This document shows, piece by piece, positions 12,160 through 25,229 of a stretch of DNA of 64,000 nucleotides. Position 1 is the first letter of the stretch. Each line of letters opens with the position of its first letter. The notes below the pieces were generated by a model. That model searched no databases and was not told where the DNA came from. It saw nothing but the letters and a program-made list of their open reading frames with translations. This DNA is from Raillietiella orientalis (lineage: Eukaryota): the NCBI GenBank assembly GCA_036172245.1, contig JAYWIR010000003.1, forward strand, positions 1,426,001 through 1,490,000, written 5' to 3'. The position numbers were made by a program, and so were the translations under genes.

Positions 12160-12531
12160 AGCCATGCACTTGGTGACCTCCTCGATCCCATCGGCAATTG
12201 TGTGCCTGACCAGCTGTCCGGGCGGTAGTAGCTTCGCCGCCGTCTGCACTTCCTGGCTAGCGACGGTCACCCTGCCGCGGTACCGCCCAATGTTCGGCTC
12301 TCACAGGCGAGGCGATCGGACATGTTGACGAAGCCGTCCATGGTGTCCATGGCCTTCCTGGAGACGCCGGTGTCCGCGTGCACGTTCTTCAGCACCCTTT
12401 ATGTGTACACTGAGCAATTTCGCTCCTGCTCCGCTTTCTTCCTTGTCACTCTTTCCTGCTCCGTGCGTTCCGGAAGCTGCGGAGCACGACGGGACGCTGG
12501 CGCGGAAGAGCAGGGCAGCTCGCGGAGGCAT
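12160..12531 (-). pseudogene. H2B: Divergent histone H2B pseudogene
   Basis: MPPRAA start; CSVYT*RVLKNVHADTGVSRKAMDTMDGFVNMSDRLACES, then after a frameshift TVASQEVQTAAKLLPPGQLVRHTIADGIEEVTKC. This matches the H2B fold. In-frame TAA at 12399-12401. Confidence 0.9.
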
Positions 12532-15500
12532 CGGATCGCAGCCAGGAGCTGGGGTGACCTGAGCAGCGTGGTCGAAAATGGAGGATCGAAATGGCGGACG
12601 GAAAGCGCACGACCTCCTTAATCGAGACGTTCCCGTCTGAAGTTCAGAAACCACCAGGACAAAGATGACCCGTGGCTCCTTCGAGAGAGGAGAGAGGAAA
12701 GTTCATCTCGTGAAATCATCCTTCAAAGTTTCGCTAACAAAGAGGAAGGACGGCGGCTCCTGCTGGTCTGGAACCCGCATGCAGGAGACGGAAAGACTCG
12801 GAGAATTTTGCAGCGCTCTGCTGCGAGAACGAGAATGGAAACACAGGGCGGCTGAATCTTTGTGATGGATCTCGCATAAGATACGCACTGTCGATAGCCT
12901 AACGAGTCCAGTGGACTGGTAGTGCTGCTGCTGTCGTGGTCAGCACAGGGAAAGACTTCTTGCACACCTGCTAGTCCCGTTGTTCCAACGGCCTCTTCCC
13001 ATCGTTTCTTGCTGGTCTTCCCTGCATCCAGAATGTGCGCGTGGTCGTGGTTTAGCCACGGCACGCGAGTGATCTTGCGGGAATCGCAAAGAGGAGTATC
13101 TACGGCATTGCTGCTCATCCTGAGACGTTCTTCCTGCTCACAAAGAAGAAGCGGGAATGAAGGGCCTGGTGGCCAGCATTCAGAAATTAGGGATTCCAGC
13201 AGTTGGGAATCATCGGCATTGGAAGAACCCAATGTGCCGCTGGTCTTCGCCTGACAGCTGCCCAGGAAGCAAATCGTGGCAGTTCAGTTCATTCTTGAGC
13301 CTCAGATGGACTCAGACTGCTGCCAATTTTTGGACTTGTTTGGAAAAAAAATCAACCTTTGAAAGTGACTCTCTATGCGGACTGTCTTAGATGACGACCC
13401 GTGAAAGCATCCATTTGGGGGAGAAGCGGCGAGTATCTATCGTGCAGATACGTGACCTTCAGTTAGTACACATCGAAGGGAATCCGACTTCCTTTGCGAT
13501 CTCAGGGCGGTTCAGCCAGCCTGTGGGACTCGGGAGACTCCACGTGCTAAACGATGGGCCTGAATCGGGAAGCTGCACTTAAATGGCACTACGAGACAGC
13601 GCTGTGCCAAGCTGTTTCCAGATTCGTAAAAGGAAAAAAAAGCCGGAATCGGGGAGAGTTCATTCATCGTGTATAGTCTCTCTCCTTCTTTCTCCTGCTA
13701 GCTCTTCCTCTTTCCACTGTTTGTATATGTGTGTGTGTGTGTAGGGTTTTTTTTCCACTTTTTGCGTCGCTTTCGGATTCCTATCCGATGTTCCACCGCA
13801 GAGAGAGCACGACGGAAGCCTGGCAAGCAGCTGCTCCGATGGAACCGTGAACCTATCCGCTCTCGATATGCCCCACTTTCTAGATACCTCAGAAACCCCT
13901 CATTGGAGGTTTACGCGGCAAGGAGCCAAGATTAGCCAGCTCTTCCATGCAAACGCCCGAGACCGTAATCTCGCCTGCAATCTCGATACGAAGCTGTCTC
14001 GTTTTCCTGGAAGAGACTCGTGACTTCACTTTGAGACCAACTTGAGTTTTCTCTTGCCTCATCCATTTTAAGTGCTCCTTGATCTTCACAACCATGAAGC
14101 TGCGGATCCTCATGGGAAATACACAATGCAGGAAATGAGAGTACGAATGCATAGGAACAGAGACCAACGATGCAAGACAAAGACAAAGCAAAGATCGAAG
14201 CGGGCAGTCGAGGATTTGGAAAGCAAAAGGGCTTCGACGAGGGAGGAATTCATCCCATCCAGCAGGATCGGAAGAAAACGAAACAAAAGACAAAGTTCGT
14301 TCTGAGAAGTCCTGATGTCAGCGGCAAATCAACCACCAGATCAAAAATCTACTAGCAGTCACTCGAGGCCGCCTTCCTCAAAATGTAGGGAAACATTCTT
14401 GAGATGACGGCTGGAGAGCATTCGATCGAACCTTTTCGGATGATTACAGGAATGAGAAGAGCCACAAATACAATGGCTGAGCAGCTGAGATGCCAAACGC
14501 AGCGAAGTGATTCTTTGGATTGAATCACTCGTGAGCGATTCCCATGCCAACGACTCTTCTAGGAGGAGGCCCTTTTCTAATGGCAAACTTTAAATGGCCT
14601 TTTGGCCTTTGAAATTTTGTTTTTTTCTAAAATTGGTTCGAAACTGGAACAACTACTGGAGACTACAAATAGCTCCATAACCAGATGTGCTTTGCAGAAA
14701 CCTGTTACAGAGAATGATTTATGAGTCGAAAACAAACATCAAGTGGGATCATGCATTTTCAAGTTTCCCTTGCTTGCACCCCTCATTAACGGATTTTTAA
14801 CATCGAATGGGTGCTTTTTTTTCCGTTCTTCAAATGATCAGTGCTGCCAATTTCCGAACTGTTGCATGGAATGATTCCCAGGTAACCAGTCGTACAAAGA
14901 TTCCCAGCAGGAAATGAAATATTGGAAGGAAAAAAAAGGTGGACGCAAACGGACCTGGTACTACGAATTGCATGATACAAAGTGCTAGATGGTCAGGCAG
15001 AAATCGAAAATCAAATGTGATTCCTGATGGCGATGAAAGAGAAAACGGAAGAAACCGATGAAGATCTACCATGCTGCAAGTGCAGGCGATTGCCATGGGA
15101 GGATCCGATGAGCGATTTGAAGTCTCCCTCACAGAAGAAACGTGATGAGATGACAGACAAACTGTTAAAAAATAAGAGAGAAAAACAACTTCGAAATTAG
15201 AACGTCTCTTGGATGGTCGCGTTTACGATGAAAGGAACGCGAATCGAAAATGGCGGGGGGAGAACAAAGAAGAAGAAGAGAAAAAATCACATGTCATTGA
15301 AAACAAAATGAGGAAAATATATACAGGTTAGACTGTAAAACCATGAGCTGCAGCCGAGACGGCAGTCAAGAAAAAAGACAGAAAGATGGAACCTCAGCGA
15401 TAAGCACAGAAATGGCAAATCTTGAAAACCATGCATGTTGTCCGATGATGCCCGTGAATGAGGGCGATCTGTTAACCTGCATGTGATTTCCAAAAAGAAC

Positions 15501-16142
15501 GGTAAAAACAAATCACATCGACGCAGGAAATGAAATAATGCAGCAGACGGCCAGTTTTTGTGAAGCTGTGATGATACTTTGAGGAAGATCTGCTCATTTC
15601 GCGACTGACAAAATGGTCCCTGTGATCTCCTCGTGTTTACAAATATTGTTCTGGAAGATATTGCATGTTGATACTCACAAGCAAACGGCAATTGCGCTTC
15701 ATCCGATTCATAAATTCAGCGAAGAATACCTGCAAGAGTCCACGTAGCAGGTTGAAAAAAAACCACCGGACATCACACTGCAAAAAAATGAAATTTGCAA
15801 ATTTGCTATTCTGTCATCAGGAGATAAAAAAGACTGGGCCCCGGATGCTGGATGGCGCCACGAGCAGAATGTTCTTCCTAAGCATCTAAAAAAAAAAAAC
15901 TCAACCTCGCAAAGCAAACAAACTCCCATGCAACAAACTCAATGTGGCACTCGTCGTGTAGCAGTCGTAGGAACGCACTGAATCTTTTCTTGTCCGCATT
16001 ACAGTTACCAGTTAGTTTGTGCTTCCTGACACAGTTCAAGTATTTTCCCTCTTAAATCGAGGAGTGTTCAGACTGAAGCTCGTTGCAAGAGTGCACAGCA
16101 CCTGATCCAAGCCCGCGTCGGAGGCCGTGTGTGCTTACGGTG

Positions 16143-16260
16143 GTCTCGGATCGTGGCACCAAGGGTCGCGTGGATTCGAGTTCATCCCGCAAGATGACGC
16201 TGGTTGGCCTGCATTCATCCGGGTGCGGCACTGGTAGCGGTTGAAACCGGATGCCCCCCA
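16143..16260 (+). other. Possible highly degenerate 5S rRNA-derived sequence
   Basis: atcccgcaagatgacgctggttggcctg and aaccggatgc resemble 5S ATCTCGGAAGCTAAGCAGGGTCGGGCCTG and TACCGGGTGC at roughly the right spacing over ~118 nt. Confidence 0.3.
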
Positions 16261-17584
16261 TGAGGGCCGAGACAATGGGAGTCGAACTTCGGGTCCTTCC
16301 AGGAATCACGGAGTGGGAACTCCCCCCCGGTTGTGAAGGAGCGGACCCTCCATTCTAGGGGGACCCTTCGAGTCGTACTGATGGAGTAGGAGTGTCGCCA
16401 CCACCTCTCCAGATTGAGGAGCACGTGGGGTCTTTCCTACCTCTGTGCCTGAGGGATTCCAGCGACCCGCTCCACCAGGGGCTAGCAGTGGAGAAAGGAC
16501 ACTCTTCTCACGCGCTGAAAAAGATGGTGAAAGAGTCCAACGGGAAGGAGAGTTGATGAACCAGAAGAAGCGGAGTCCAGATCCAAGGACCCTTCCTATC
16601 CCATGCTTCGTATCTGCTCTTCATTGACTGCCTGGTTCCACCCTCTCGGTGCTTAGGGAGTCGCTCCCCGAGTCGGCGGACCGTCCCCCTTTCAGAACTT
16701 TAAGACCCGATTCCATGTGGGCAAACGTAGACTGCGATCAGAGAGAGTCCCGGAATGATCTCGTGACCATCCGGGAAACTGTGGACGCACCGCCGAGGCA
16801 GCATTTTCTTGGTCAAGAGACCCACATGTGGTTTCTCTTTCGTGTCTTTCTGCTTTCTTCTCTCGTCGAAGACAAACCTTGCACCTCTCCAGAGAGTGCA
16901 GGGAAGCTCGCGGATCCCTTCGGGGAAAGCAGCGCCCTTCTGAATTTCGGAGGCGTCCTTTCTGGGTTCTCGTCCGAGGAGTAAGCAGGAGCGGATTTCG
17001 GGTTTCCTTCAGAGAAGAAAAAATGGATCGCACCCCCCCCCCCGGGGGGGTCCTTCGGAGAGAATAACGAAGGAGATTCGTTTCGGGATTCCCCTTCGGA
17101 GACAACCATGGTGGAGGTGATCTCCATTTCCGGTGACCCCTCCCCAGGTGTACGAGGAACGGACTCCGAGCCTTTCCTGGACTCATAGGGCGGACTTCTC
17201 CCGTGGTACCCCCATCTCGAAGAATTACCCACCCTCTGGTCGAAGAGCTGCGAAGACAGAAAAGAAAGGATTTCCCTCACGACTTCGACGCGGGCTTGAC
17301 CTCCCGCTGCTGCTTGGGTCCGGCAATCTCGATCAGTTTTACTCGGTCCGAGTTTTTCCTTTGAGATCTCCCACTCGACTTCTTCAGTCCGAACACGCGA
17401 AATGCAACCACCGGAGAGGAGCGATTGAGCTGAGTGCTGAGTCGATTCGATTCGATGTAACATTCGGCGCATTCACATTCTTAGCGACAGTATAGGGCAG
17501 GATAGAATGAAATGCGTAAATCCAAGCGATCCATAATTACAAATTAGGTACTAACATTCTTGAACATTTTCATAACCATATGTT

Positions 17585-17655
17585 TTCCAAAAAGTAGTTT
17601 AATATACTGATCACCAGATAGGCGGAGTATCAGATATTAAGCTGATAAGAACAGA
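17585..17655 (-). ncRNA. U2: U2 snRNA fragment (about nt 40-110), 3' flank of a retrotransposon insertion
   Basis: Minus strand reads TCTGTTCTTATCAGCTTAATATCTGATAC...ACTTTTTGGAA, i.e. stem IIa through an Sm-site-like tract. Confidence 0.9.
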
Positions 17656-18300
17656 TTTTATTACATGAAAGTTACAATTTGTATTACAAATTAGCCAATG
17701 TGGCTCTTCCCAATCTGCCCCTTTTCCCTTCCTGGGGAATCATCCTACGTTACCATTTGCTGGGCTTCGAATTCCTTCGGCTCGCAGGCGTGGTCAGGCG
17801 GATGACCCAATCGGTGCGTCCAATAGACGTCCCTGCTACATCGGATAACCGAAGATATTATGGGCTTCCTCATCTTGTCGGCACTCTTCGGGGGATGCCA
17901 AACTGCCTTACAACTCCATCATTTCTAGGATCCGATGAACCCAGTGCTCCAATAACGAGAGCATGTTTTCGAAAGTCATATGTTTTCGAAATTGTAGCAG
18001 ATACCTTCCATTGAGCAAGGAGGAAGAGGGAATCAGGAGAAGGAATCGTATGAGGTGAATCTTTGCGATTATTGATGGACAGCTCCGAAAAGAAGGACTG
18101 CATTTTAGATGTAATGAGAGGGATTCCTACAACACTTTCGAAGTTGCGACGGACATCGTGAAGATGCAGTTCAGTTGCTTCTTTTTAATCTGAAGCCTTA
18201 TGGTTTATCTTTCGTTTCGTGGTGGGTAATTGCAGCTACTAGTAATAAACTACTCATCGCAAAACTCCACTAAGGAATGACGTGCGGATGCCGTTATGAA
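17656..18300 (-). mobile_element. 3' end of a Utopia-type (U2-targeting, RLE) non-LTR retrotransposon, decayed
   Basis: ALVIGALGSSDPRNDGVVRQFGIPRR / DKMRKPIISSVIRCSRDVYWTHRLGH matches the RLE C-terminus (GALGAWDPxN...SRDIYxxH). The 3' UTR ends AATAAAA directly at U2 TCTGTTCTT. Confidence 0.85.
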
Positions 18301-20699
18301 TCTTCAGTTAGCAAAGGTTGAAAGGTCACCGTGTTTTCAGGGCACTCCTGTCCTGGAGACTCCTGCCGTGTCCGGTGCCACATTTTCCGCTACTTCGCTT
18401 TTGAATCCGACTCGTATGGAATCCTGGCTTTCCTGACTTTTCGACGCAAGCTTCGCACGGCTTTGTCTCCACATGATTCTGCATCTCGGCTGATTTTCTC
18501 CTTCCTCCGACTCGAAATGCCAACTCCCACGTGTTTCTTTTGATTCGGGAGTTTATTTTGCCCTACCCTCGAAGCGGAAAGTTTTGCTTTGACAGAAGGA
18601 CTGGCGACGGAGGTCCTTCCATCCATTAGGGTATTTGGTTTTGGAAATGAGCATATTCCATAGAAGCGTTGTGTTTTGCCCGAATGACGAGGCAGCAGTT
18701 TGCTTTGGTTGTTTTAGGAGAGGGGGGGTACGTTTCGCCCACGGGAGCCCATGTGCTTGCGGCCCCCTACTTGTCCCAACATTCTTTCAGCTGCAGATGG
18801 AGAAAACGATCGCGAAAATCAAGTCATTAAGCAAAGAAGGGGATATGAGGAATTCAGGTAAACGCATGTGCAATTCACTAAGATGCATGTTTGATTTGAA
18901 TTTGTATTTCAAGGATCAAACGTTGAAGCCAGTATATGCGAAGAGTACATGAAATGCTTTACGTTTCCAAAAATTGTACATCCTGGCTGTGCTTTTGTAT
19001 GAAATTTGAAGGTTAGTTCCGCCATTGATACTTGAAAAGTTTTACATTTTGTTGCTAGAATTTTAGGATCTTTAGGAAGGGATTTTCGGATTAGGATTCC
19101 TAAGATATGCAAGTAATCAGTACAGTAATCTCTTTACGTGTATGCAAAAGACACTGCGGATTCGAGAACTGCATGCCTGTGAAAATTCTTTTTTTTTTTT
19201 TTTTTTTCTGCTGGAAGTGATTTGTGTGCAAAAGGTTGAATTATGGAATGAGTGACCGAATGTAATGAAAGTGGGGTGCAGCTTCAAAGGCAGTTCACAA
19301 AATTGCTCTGCTTTTTTTCGGTTGCTTACAGAAGCTGTCTTTAGAATGATGGTCAATGAGGATTTCAAGTATCTAACAAGCTGACAAAATTCCAAGTAGT
19401 AAAATCTTAAAGTCCATTCGGTTCCGAAATGCACACGTGCAAAGCAACAAAGTACGAAATCATTCATTTGTCCCATTTTATTCGATGGGAAGAAAGCTGC
19501 TAGAAACGTGCAGCTTTCCCTCGGCACATTGGGCATGGGTTGCTGTTTAAGGTGGTGAAACTGTTGTGCTAACATTAACATTTTAAGGGATCAGGCGTTT
19601 ACATAGAGGAGCCCACTTCTGGGAATGAAGTCCCCCACTCGCGGAGGATGCCCATACCCTTTCAATGTTATTTTAACTAACGGCATCATGGATTTTCAAG
19701 AAGAATGCAGCGCCTAGAATAAAACGACATTCGTATGTCAGCATTGTATGAAAAGTTTTGCTTGAAACCGAAGCCAAATACACGAAACTTCAGGTGTGCT
19801 TGTCCTCAGTGCAGCAGCATCTAACCATTCCTCAAACTTCACCACATGGCAAGCAGGAAACTTCGTGTTTCTCCCGTGTCATTGAATCTTGGCATGAAAT
19901 GCTGCAAGTATTCGTGACGCTTAACAAGTCCGTCCAATGCTAAAAGACGGGGAACTTGGCTCAGCCCCTCACCCAGAATTTTGTTTCGCGTCGCTCCCTC
20001 GTGGCATTTGCTCAAGAAGGACTTTGTACACCGTACGTCTGCCGTACATTGCGGTCAGGACTCCCAGTAGTTTCGGTTGTTTCCATCATCTGGATTTCTT
20101 CCGAGGTTCTCGTGTGTGTCCCCCCGCCCCTCTCTCCTTCCTGTCTTTTGGCCTTCAAGGATGACAGGATTCATCCTCTTCGGATTCGTCAAGGGCACTG
20201 CACAAATCACGCTTGCTATGATGGGAATCTCTCGCAAGGCAATGCATAAAATTTCCGTCAGATGAAATGCGTCCTCGTGAGCTATGAATTCGGGCTCGCC
20301 TTTCCTCCAGTAATTGACTAGAAAATTCCGTTTGTGATAAAAATAATAATAATAATAATAATGCTGACCTACTTCTTCGCGAGCATCCAAGAGCTATCTG
20401 ATAGGCAACTCCTGCCTACATCCGTCGAGGGAACGACTCGTCATATCAGTGCATCTTTCCCGCGATAAGTTTATCTCCATCCACGGTGCAATCCGGACCG
20501 GAGCCCCCATGTCAGGACTGGATTGAAGAACCACTGAAAGGGTATCAATTCGAAGGGAACACAGGGAATGGAGAACACCCGAAATGTGGTGCGATGTAAC
20601 AGTTTAAGATTCGTTCCTCCGTCAAAGGGTATGGAAAACACTTGTGATGGTCCCTGTAGAAAACCACGAAATGTTCCGAGGCCTCCATCTGCGAATCTT

Positions 20700-22000
20700 A
20701 CTGCTGCATAATCTTGTGCTCTTCAGAGCCGAGTGCTTAACCATCCATCCCTATTCTTGCGATTCTCTCTGCCTTTTCATCATGGCATTCGCGATCTGAT
20801 AGCGTTAAGCATTAAAAAAAAAAAAAAAAAAATGATGATGATTAAACGCCCCTTGTAGATGTCGGAGACTGCAAGGTGCAGACACCAAGGTGATCATACA
20901 CGACTCCCACTCAGTTTCCGTGCTGCGGATGTGATTTTCTGTGGTGTCCATGCAACCACAAAAGAGCTTTTGGAAAGAGAACGTGGCATTAAACACTGAG
21001 CTTACACTCTCGTGTGCATTGCCTCTGGAAGGATGACTGCTCAAAATGGCAATAAACCTAAAGAGAGGCTTCTGAACAAACTGCTACCGAAATTTTTCAC
21101 CGATTCTTGATGATTCACTGCAAATGGGGATTAGAAACAGCCTCTAGCAGGATCGGGTTGCAAGTAGGTATGGTGAATTGGCCAGACTTCGCTTTCCACA
21201 CACTTTCAAGAAGAGGCGAATACCTGGACCAAAACGGAGCTCTAGACTTCCGAGATTGGTGTCTGATGTAGCTGTGGACGCAAAAATCAACAAATTATCC
21301 CCAAAACTCAACTGTGGCTAATTTCCGATGTGTACATATCAGTACCAGTCTTCCTGGCCCACTCCTGCCTGCTTGGCTGTCCCAATAAATCGGCAAGAAA
21401 ATAACGTGTACAAGTTGCGTCCCTATCACGAGCATTTGAAAACCGTGACTTCAGACTACGAAGTAGATGTTAAACTCGTTTCATAAACTGCATGATCTAT
21501 CTGGATGCCGAAGAAAACGAAATCAGATGTGGATGGCAATAGCCCCTCACAAGGGTTGTCTTCTGATAGTAAAGCACGAACCGCATCCTCTCATCGCTCT
21601 CATCTTCGTTGCATCCATGGTTTAGTACTGCCGCCTGAACTTCCTGAGGTTCTAAACTGTGCAGATGCAAATCACAAATCGGTGCTCAAAAGCCCTGATG
21701 GTCCAGAGGTGCCAGCGCGTAAACTGAGGTCATTTTTATACGCTGAAAATAGGCGGTCAGCCACCTCTTGCTTATTCAAGTTCAGCAGAACGATCCCCTT
21801 GCAAAAGAACTTCCGAGCGCCTCGTGCAGAAAATGGATTGCTTGAGAGAAAACACATGGATTCTTTTGCGTGATTCTTTTCGAATCGGCAAAAAATGGTC
21901 CTGATAGGTAGGCAACATCCATGTTGGGCCAGGGATTTTATTCTTAACATAGTGGATGGGCTGGACAGCTACCACTTGAAATACCTGCCTGAACGGTTTC
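20700..22000 (-). mobile_element. Decayed RLE-type non-LTR RT, possibly the body of the element ending at 17656
   Basis: KNKIPGPTW (KSPGPDG), SAYKND..SGPSGLLST, PCEGLLPSTSDF, AGVGQED (GVxQGD) and GDNLLIFAST (ADDL) occur in order. Confidence 0.65.
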
Positions 22001-22758
22001 AAACATCACTCCTCGTGCAGAAGCAGACAAACAAGATCTTCATTTATAATAGAACTTCCACGGTTAGTGGAATGCATCAAATGTGTGCAATCAAGCACGT
22101 GCAAAACTGCTTGTGTACTGACTATATTTTTGCTCAGTTAAGTTGTGATACTGGTCGATCGTTGACGATTTGTAAACATAAAGCTGACCTTGAGAAATGA
22201 TGACTTGCTGTAAAACACAACGGTTATCTTGTGGAGAAGCAACTGTTCGCATAATTTCCTTTATGCAATCTTTTTATAAGGAATAATTGTGAAATTAGGT
22301 TCCAAAATGCAAAAGTTCACATCTGCAGACGCTGGATTCGCTTGTCTACGGCAATAATGTCGACTAATACGTCGTGAGTACATAGGAGAAGTCAGGGAGA
22401 AGAGAGGCAAAGTGCAAAAAAACGAAAGATCCACTGGCCATGCCAAATTGTCAGCCCTGAACCTATTCTTGCTGTAGATTCTTGTAGACGCATGCATACA
22501 AACGAAATATCTTTTAACGAGAAGTGTACATTGATTTGCAAGCCCCTAACCATTGTACTCTTTTGAGTGTGGGGTGACAAAATTGTTATGTTGTCACAAT
22601 AAACTAAACCTTTCCTAAAACACATGCACAGTAGTTCTATCCATAAAACTCGCTATTTGCTTTCATATCCAAATTGAAACTAGAATTGCATGATTTATTT
22701 CCAACATGGTATAAGGGAAAACTATGACAATAAATACTATATCATTTCGAAAACTATT

Positions 22759-23923
22759 TCACAGACATAATTTTTTACATTGCCTTTTCTTATGTACTGT
22801 AGACATACTCTTGACAACTTTATTTTCTGAAATGTTGATAGAATCATTTTTGACATCATTTGTAAAAGATACGTGTGAAGTAATGTGATGCTGTGGTGAC
22901 GAAGTCACAGTTACTGGTACATCAACGTTAGTTCTTGCAGCCATATATTTTTCAGATTGTTTCCCAAGAAATTCACATAATGAAGGAGTGAATGCGCTGC
23001 ATGGTGTTTCAGCCCACTGGTGTATGGGATGATTTAATTCAACAGATTCAGAGAATTTATCACAGTCAAATAGATTTGTTTCTACACTTCCTAGATTGTA
23101 AAAGCATTTAGCTGATTCAAAAAACGATCACTCACTCTTAGTTGCTCGGGCACCTGATGCTCTTAATTCTTCAATTTCAGCATCTTTTAGCTTTAATTGG
23201 TTGAACATGTATTTTTCACGATCAAATAATTCGTGGCAAGCACACAGTAAAGATACCAAGATTTCTGAAGAAATCTAAATGAAGAACTGTTCTTGAATCA
23301 GAAATAAACACACTGATGCATGCTTGCTTCCACATTCATATACGTGAAATTCTTGAACTTGAAATGAATAATGCTTACCAAACTGGAATCTTTATGCAAG
23401 TTGAAATACCAGAAAAATGGAAAACGAGAAATTTGTCCATTCATGTGAAGTACGGAGGCATCTTGTCTGTGCTCCACACGTAAAGCAGCATCTTGGCTTA
23501 TGGTACTCTTAATAATAGATAAAATGCGCTGTTCTGGAACTTCTAGATGTGCATTTAAACTCTGCAAAAAGGAAAACAATGAAATCCGCATCTTAGTGAA
23601 GTGATTGGTAGTTAAATCATGAAAACTCAAAAGTTATTCAAAATAGATATTTTGATGATAACTGATCTTATTCCATTTGAAAAACAATGGACATATAATT
23701 ATCTGATATTCAACTTTTAAAACTAGCATGTGGATGGAGCAAGCTAAACAAAAACGATTTTTCTCATTATTACCTTCCAGCGACTCAAGATGTCTTCCAT
23801 GGACAGCACTTCTTTCCAAGCAGTTCTCAAGTCACTTATTAGTATGCAGTAACTATCATGGTTGAAATTCATTTTCAACACATGTTTTTGCTCATTAATT
23901 GAGTGAAGTTTCCACAATGCCAT
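22759..23923 (-). CDS. NHEJ1: Non-homologous end-joining factor 1 (XLF/Cernunnos), 4 exons: 23923-23774, 23561-23379, 23274-23136, 23090-22759
   Basis: Spliced by hand with GT-AG introns: MALWKL..YCILISDLRTAWKE..SLNAHLEVP..GQISRFPFFWYFNL..LKLKDAEIEELRASGA..VETNLFD..KKRQCKKLCL. Matches the XLF head, coiled coil and basic C-terminus. Confidence 0.88.
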
Positions 23924-24111
23924 GTTCTTTATTCATTTACTCAGTTAATTAATCAGTGCTTTGCTTGAAATAACATATTAAATTCAGTGCCATATCATGT
24001 AGTTTTAAATTAACTTGAAGAATATATGATATATCTGACTGAAAATAAAGTTAAACTACTATTTAATTCCTGTTACCCTATTTATTTGAAATGCATGCAC
24101 TAGACAGTAAT

Positions 24112-25229
24112 TCACTGCACAAAAGCTGTGTTTTTATTTGAAAATAACTTTCCTCGAAGAGCACTAAGTGTTATGAAAATAGCTTCCTCTGTTCTAATCA
24201 CTCTTGATCCTTGATTTGGACATGTATTCAGATAAAAATCAAAAACACTTAAAAGATCCCCTTTTATTTTCTTGTCATAATGAGCAGCTGCTTCTAGTCC
24301 ATTGAGACCACCAAAAACAATAAGCAAATGTTTAAATAAAGGAAAGTCTTCAACACAATCAATGTTTGCACCTTTATCTGATGTTCCTATTATGAGATCA
24401 TATTGAGGTGAAAATGGGCTCTCATTTAACACAGCACTCAAATTTTTAGCTATTCTGACTGAATAACCCCAGTACATGTTGAAATACATATATGGATACG
24501 ATGGAGGTACAATTTTTCCTCGCAGATATCTTGGATGCTCCACTTGGTCAGCATTAAGTTCAACAGTAACCCTGATACCAGGAATTAGTTCCTTTTTCAC
24601 TTTGACAACTTTATCTAATCCTATGTCAACAATCGATCCCTTTTTGGATATATTTCCTTTAGGCAGCGTAATTCCTTCCCTGGAAAAACTTTTCTTAAGA
24701 ATGCACTATTAGTTTTCATTTTATTTTTTACAATATCAAACATAATGGAATTCAACAAATAATTAAAAATATGCTAAACTCACCTAAACTGCTTACTTTC
24801 TGATTTTCTTAAATGATGGGGGAGATCCAAAGGATTAAGCACACCAGCACTGGATAGATATGGATGCTTAGGATATAGTTTTTTTCTGAGATACTGAGGG
24901 CATTCCAAATACTGTAAAATGTAGGCCATGTGGCTGATGGCATCATATTTTCCAAAACTTTCTTCAGTCAAATCTGGATGGTGCTCATTTAATTCTGGCA
25001 AGGAATCATGAAATACCACGATCTCATTGATGCAAAAGATGGATGCTGCTCTTGCAATCTGACCAACAAGGTAAGATTTCAAAATTTGGGATTGAGCATT
25101 ATTCATTATTGATCCAGGTAATGCAATTGACACCGTATAACTATTCTTTCTACTTCTTTCTGGGTCCTGGGTCTCTTGGAGACTTTCGATGAATTTTTTG
25201 GGTTTCCTTTTTTTTGTGACGGGCTCCAT
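24112..25229 (-). CDS. SPOUT1: SPOUT-domain methyltransferase (C9orf114/CENP-32), 2 exons: 25229-24784, 24679-24112
   Basis: TVSIALPGSI, GQIARAASIF, LQYLECPQYLRK, GVLNPLDLPHH, FREG across the splice, YWGYSVR, IIGTSDKG, FGGLNGLE, NTCPNQGSRVIRTEEA. Confidence 0.96.

Noticed and set aside
13729..15130. Possible decayed gene (BTB/T1-like)
   Set aside because: Motifs too weak to name.
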